64,000 nucleotides of DNA from Phoronis australis (taxonomy: Eukaryota > Animalia > Phoronida). How positions within the stretch are numbered: the first letter of the stretch is position 1; each line of letters begins with the position of its first letter. The notes beneath the pieces were generated by a model that made no database searches, had not been told where the DNA came from, and worked only from the letters and a program-made list of their open reading frames with translations. The position numbers were made by a program, and so were the translations under genes. This document shows positions 61,701 to 64,000 of the stretch, piece after piece. The stretch is from positions 677,192 through 741,191 of the forward strand of contig NMRA01000157.1 in the NCBI GenBank assembly GCA_002633005.1, given 5' to 3'.

Positions 61701-63040
61701 ATGTTGATGCTGACATTAGTTGTTTAACCAACAGGGGTCACTGATGTTGAAAAGTGCAATCAAAAAGTCATGTCAACTAGAAGAAATAACGTGGATGTAC
61801 GTTACCCAGATTGACATGTTCTTTAGGTTTTGTGTAGCGCGGTATAAACCTCATCACAAGAAACACACTGAAGAGTGAGATGAATCCAGCACAAAACGAC
61901 GTGTTTTGCAGCCTGAAATGGATCAAAAGTATGAAACCCACAGAACAAAACAACAATTCAACACACATGACTAGCAGCACAACAACTGTGATATAAAGAA
62001 AGTTTATAGAGCTTTCCGTGAGCTAAAGTAGACTTTCACAAAAAAGAATACAAAAGATGCACCATGGAAAATACCTTCTTTAATGAAATTTCATATTGAT
62101 ATTTTACCAAAATTGTGCCACTTTTTACCTCTGAAAAATTGACCAATAATTGGAGAGACAACTGGTGTCTTAGCATAAAAGTAAGGTAAACCACCAGTAT
62201 TTGGAATTGTCAAAACAAAGCTGTAGTTAGAAATGATATTCACTCTTGTCTCACTGGATGTAAAATGGTCAAAATGATTCGACAGAAAAACAGGTCACAA
62301 GAACATTTCTTCCAGATAATTGTAAGCTGCAGGCATGCTTGTTTGAATAACAGTGAAATCTAAAACCAGCCATACCCAACAAGCCTGACCAGCAGCCCTC
62401 CGAGGAGTGGACCAACAACCATACCACTGCCGTAGGACAGGCTAAGTTTTGCCAGAGCACTTGCTCTCTCCTTCTCATCTGACAAGTCAGTCACAACCAT
62501 TTGACCACCTGAACAAAACACATCATCTTGATAGGTATCACAATGAGCTAAATGATTCTAGTCACTGAACAGGAGCTTGTGTGCAATACTGCACCCTGAC
62601 CCTCATGTTATGATGCTAAATCTAAATACTAAAGGCTCTTGGCAATAATGATTTAGACACTCTAAAATCTGTATTTCACTGTTTTTTTTAGATGTTTCAG
62701 CAAAATTGAAAAGGTTGTTTGGTGGTACTTTAACACTTTATTAACTATAACTATGGTATTTAATATCTGTCAGTCCGATATGTGACAAAGAACACCTTGC
62801 TGAAAAACGCAGAGGACTCTTATCTTGCTTATGAGGCATTCAGTCTCTGGTCTACCAGGACATTACAGCCTATCAAACACTTAGAAGAACAAACCTTGCA
62901 TTGCATGAAGGAACAAGGATGGTAATCTTGATACAAACAGCAGGGGTACCGAGTATGACAGGCCCAAGATGAAATAGGACACGGCTGCTGACATGAACGC
63001 CAAAGACAGGGCTAGTCTGCCTCCAAATAAATCTCCAAAT
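55704..63040 (-). CDS. SLC22A18: SLC22A18-like major facilitator superfamily transporter, 3' eight exons; the 5' exons were not found and are presumably beyond the window
   Basis: Exons 63040-62895 (RFGDLFGGRLAL...SRLPSLFLHAMQ), 62508-62376 (QMVVTDLSDEKERASALAKL...GPLLGG), 61912-61806, 60446-60351, 58936-58824 (IPIGIFQSMF), 58248-58147, 57587-57467 (...LTKLVPMSDT), 55876-55704 (GIILGLNMALNSSIRVVSPTIGG...YRGNK*). All GT-AG and phase-consistent; motifs resemble human SLC22A18 as I recall it. Confidence 0.9.
59921..60144. repeat. 18-bp minisatellite, about 12 copies
   Basis: Unit TGT(G/A)AACTTTATAACACA, intronic in the SLC22A18-like gene. Confidence 0.95.
60730..61005. repeat. Degenerate ~21-bp tandem repeat
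   Basis: Recurring (A)TGTGAAGCTG...TAT/CAC motif with about 21-nt spacing. Confidence 0.6.
61006..61302. repeat. 297-bp interspersed repeat, copy 2 (SLC22A18-like intron)
   Basis: Inverted, same-length copy of 43317-43613. Confidence 0.9.
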
Positions 63041-64000
63041 CTGTAAACACAACAAAGATCAGGCTGTTAAGATACAACAAGATTACCATGGAATGGAAGT
63101 TTAGATTGTCCACACTTCTTGTAAAAGTATATCCATCTAACAAGCTCACAATATAACTTATTAGCATCCCGTTTCTCTTGTTAAAGGTATTGTTAACAAT
63201 TACCAAACATTTGCTGCAAGATTCCAAAGAAGTTTCCATTCATGATTTATACTCCCATAACTCAGGGCCCTCGATTTTGGGGTCGGATATTGGCCCCATT
63301 GCCCTCTCAAAAAACATTGAAAAATCATGGGGAATTCCCCTTGTCAGGTCTAAAATATTCTCCTCTGAACGACCAAATATTCGCCACACGATTTTAACCT
63401 CAGACAACCTCAAAAACATTGTATTCAAACCCACTGACTTCAATCACCAGGCCAAGTACCAGACACCAGAAAGGTCACAAAAAGGTTTCATTGTAAAACA
63501 TGTGCTGCATACAGGAGTGCTATAACCAGTTTTGTGATATTTCACTCTAGCACATTGAAAACACAAATTTAAACAAAAAATTCTGTGCATCTGCGGCCGA
63601 AATGTAACATAAACATGTTCTACAAGAGCAGAATTAGGAAAACCCTTGCAACGGAAGATAGAAAAATACTGGAACATGTCTTTTTACTCATGAACTTGCT
63701 ATGCACAGCTCTCAGAAACAGTCTCAAGCAGAACACACTTGAACAGCTCATCAGCATTATTCATTGTGATCAGCAACACTTCTAAGAAGAACATTTTTAA
63801 TTGTTTAAAAACAGTCATTGCTCTTGGTCATTTCAGGTCCAAGAAAGACAGAATGGCAAAATTTTAAGACTGAATGATACTGTTGTGAGAAATGAAAACA
63901 TTGTTTAGCAAAACGCCTCCTTACTGTGCCACAGAGTTTGTTATGTGGTACAAGTCGGGGGGGGGGGGGGGNGGGGTCTGTCCTTTACAAACATTGCTTA

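Noticed and set aside
61777-61980. Stand-alone hydrophobic 67-aa ORF
   Set aside because: Only 61912-61806 is used, as an internal exon of the SLC22A18-like gene.
63178-63525. ORFs of 115 and 67 aa
   Set aside because: No recognisable motifs. They overlap a MITE-like end (CAGGGCCCTCG) in presumed intron sequence.

Overview
Eukaryotic, AT-rich, intron-rich animal DNA; the repeat types suggest a marine invertebrate, but that is inference. The supplied ORF track is mostly noise because the genes are spliced. I assembled four genes by hand from splice sites and codon phase. (1) An uncharacterised ~410-aa minus-strand gene (12675->1114) with two microexons. (2) NPL4/NPLOC4 (+, 12970-35247, 15 exons), head-to-head with gene 1. 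(3) An activator-class E2F (+, 42783-50887, 9 exons) with a U12-type AT-AC intron and E2F/E-box sites in its promoter. (4) The last eight exons of an SLC22A18-like MFS transporter (-, 63040->55704). Introns carry many mobile-element relics: a 4.9-kb P-like element (perfect 28-bp TIRs, 7-bp TSD) containing a Kolobok-like THAP/KolX remnant, a TIR element carrying a decayed HIRAN-like ORF, a decayed spliced transposon-like gene, MITEs, a solo LTR, SINE heads and Penelope-like hairpins. The most unusual architecture is a ~1.1-1.3-kb inverted repeat pair bracketing the bidirectional promoter and both first exons. I found no evidence that proves a new biological system. Family assignments come from recalled motifs, not database searches.
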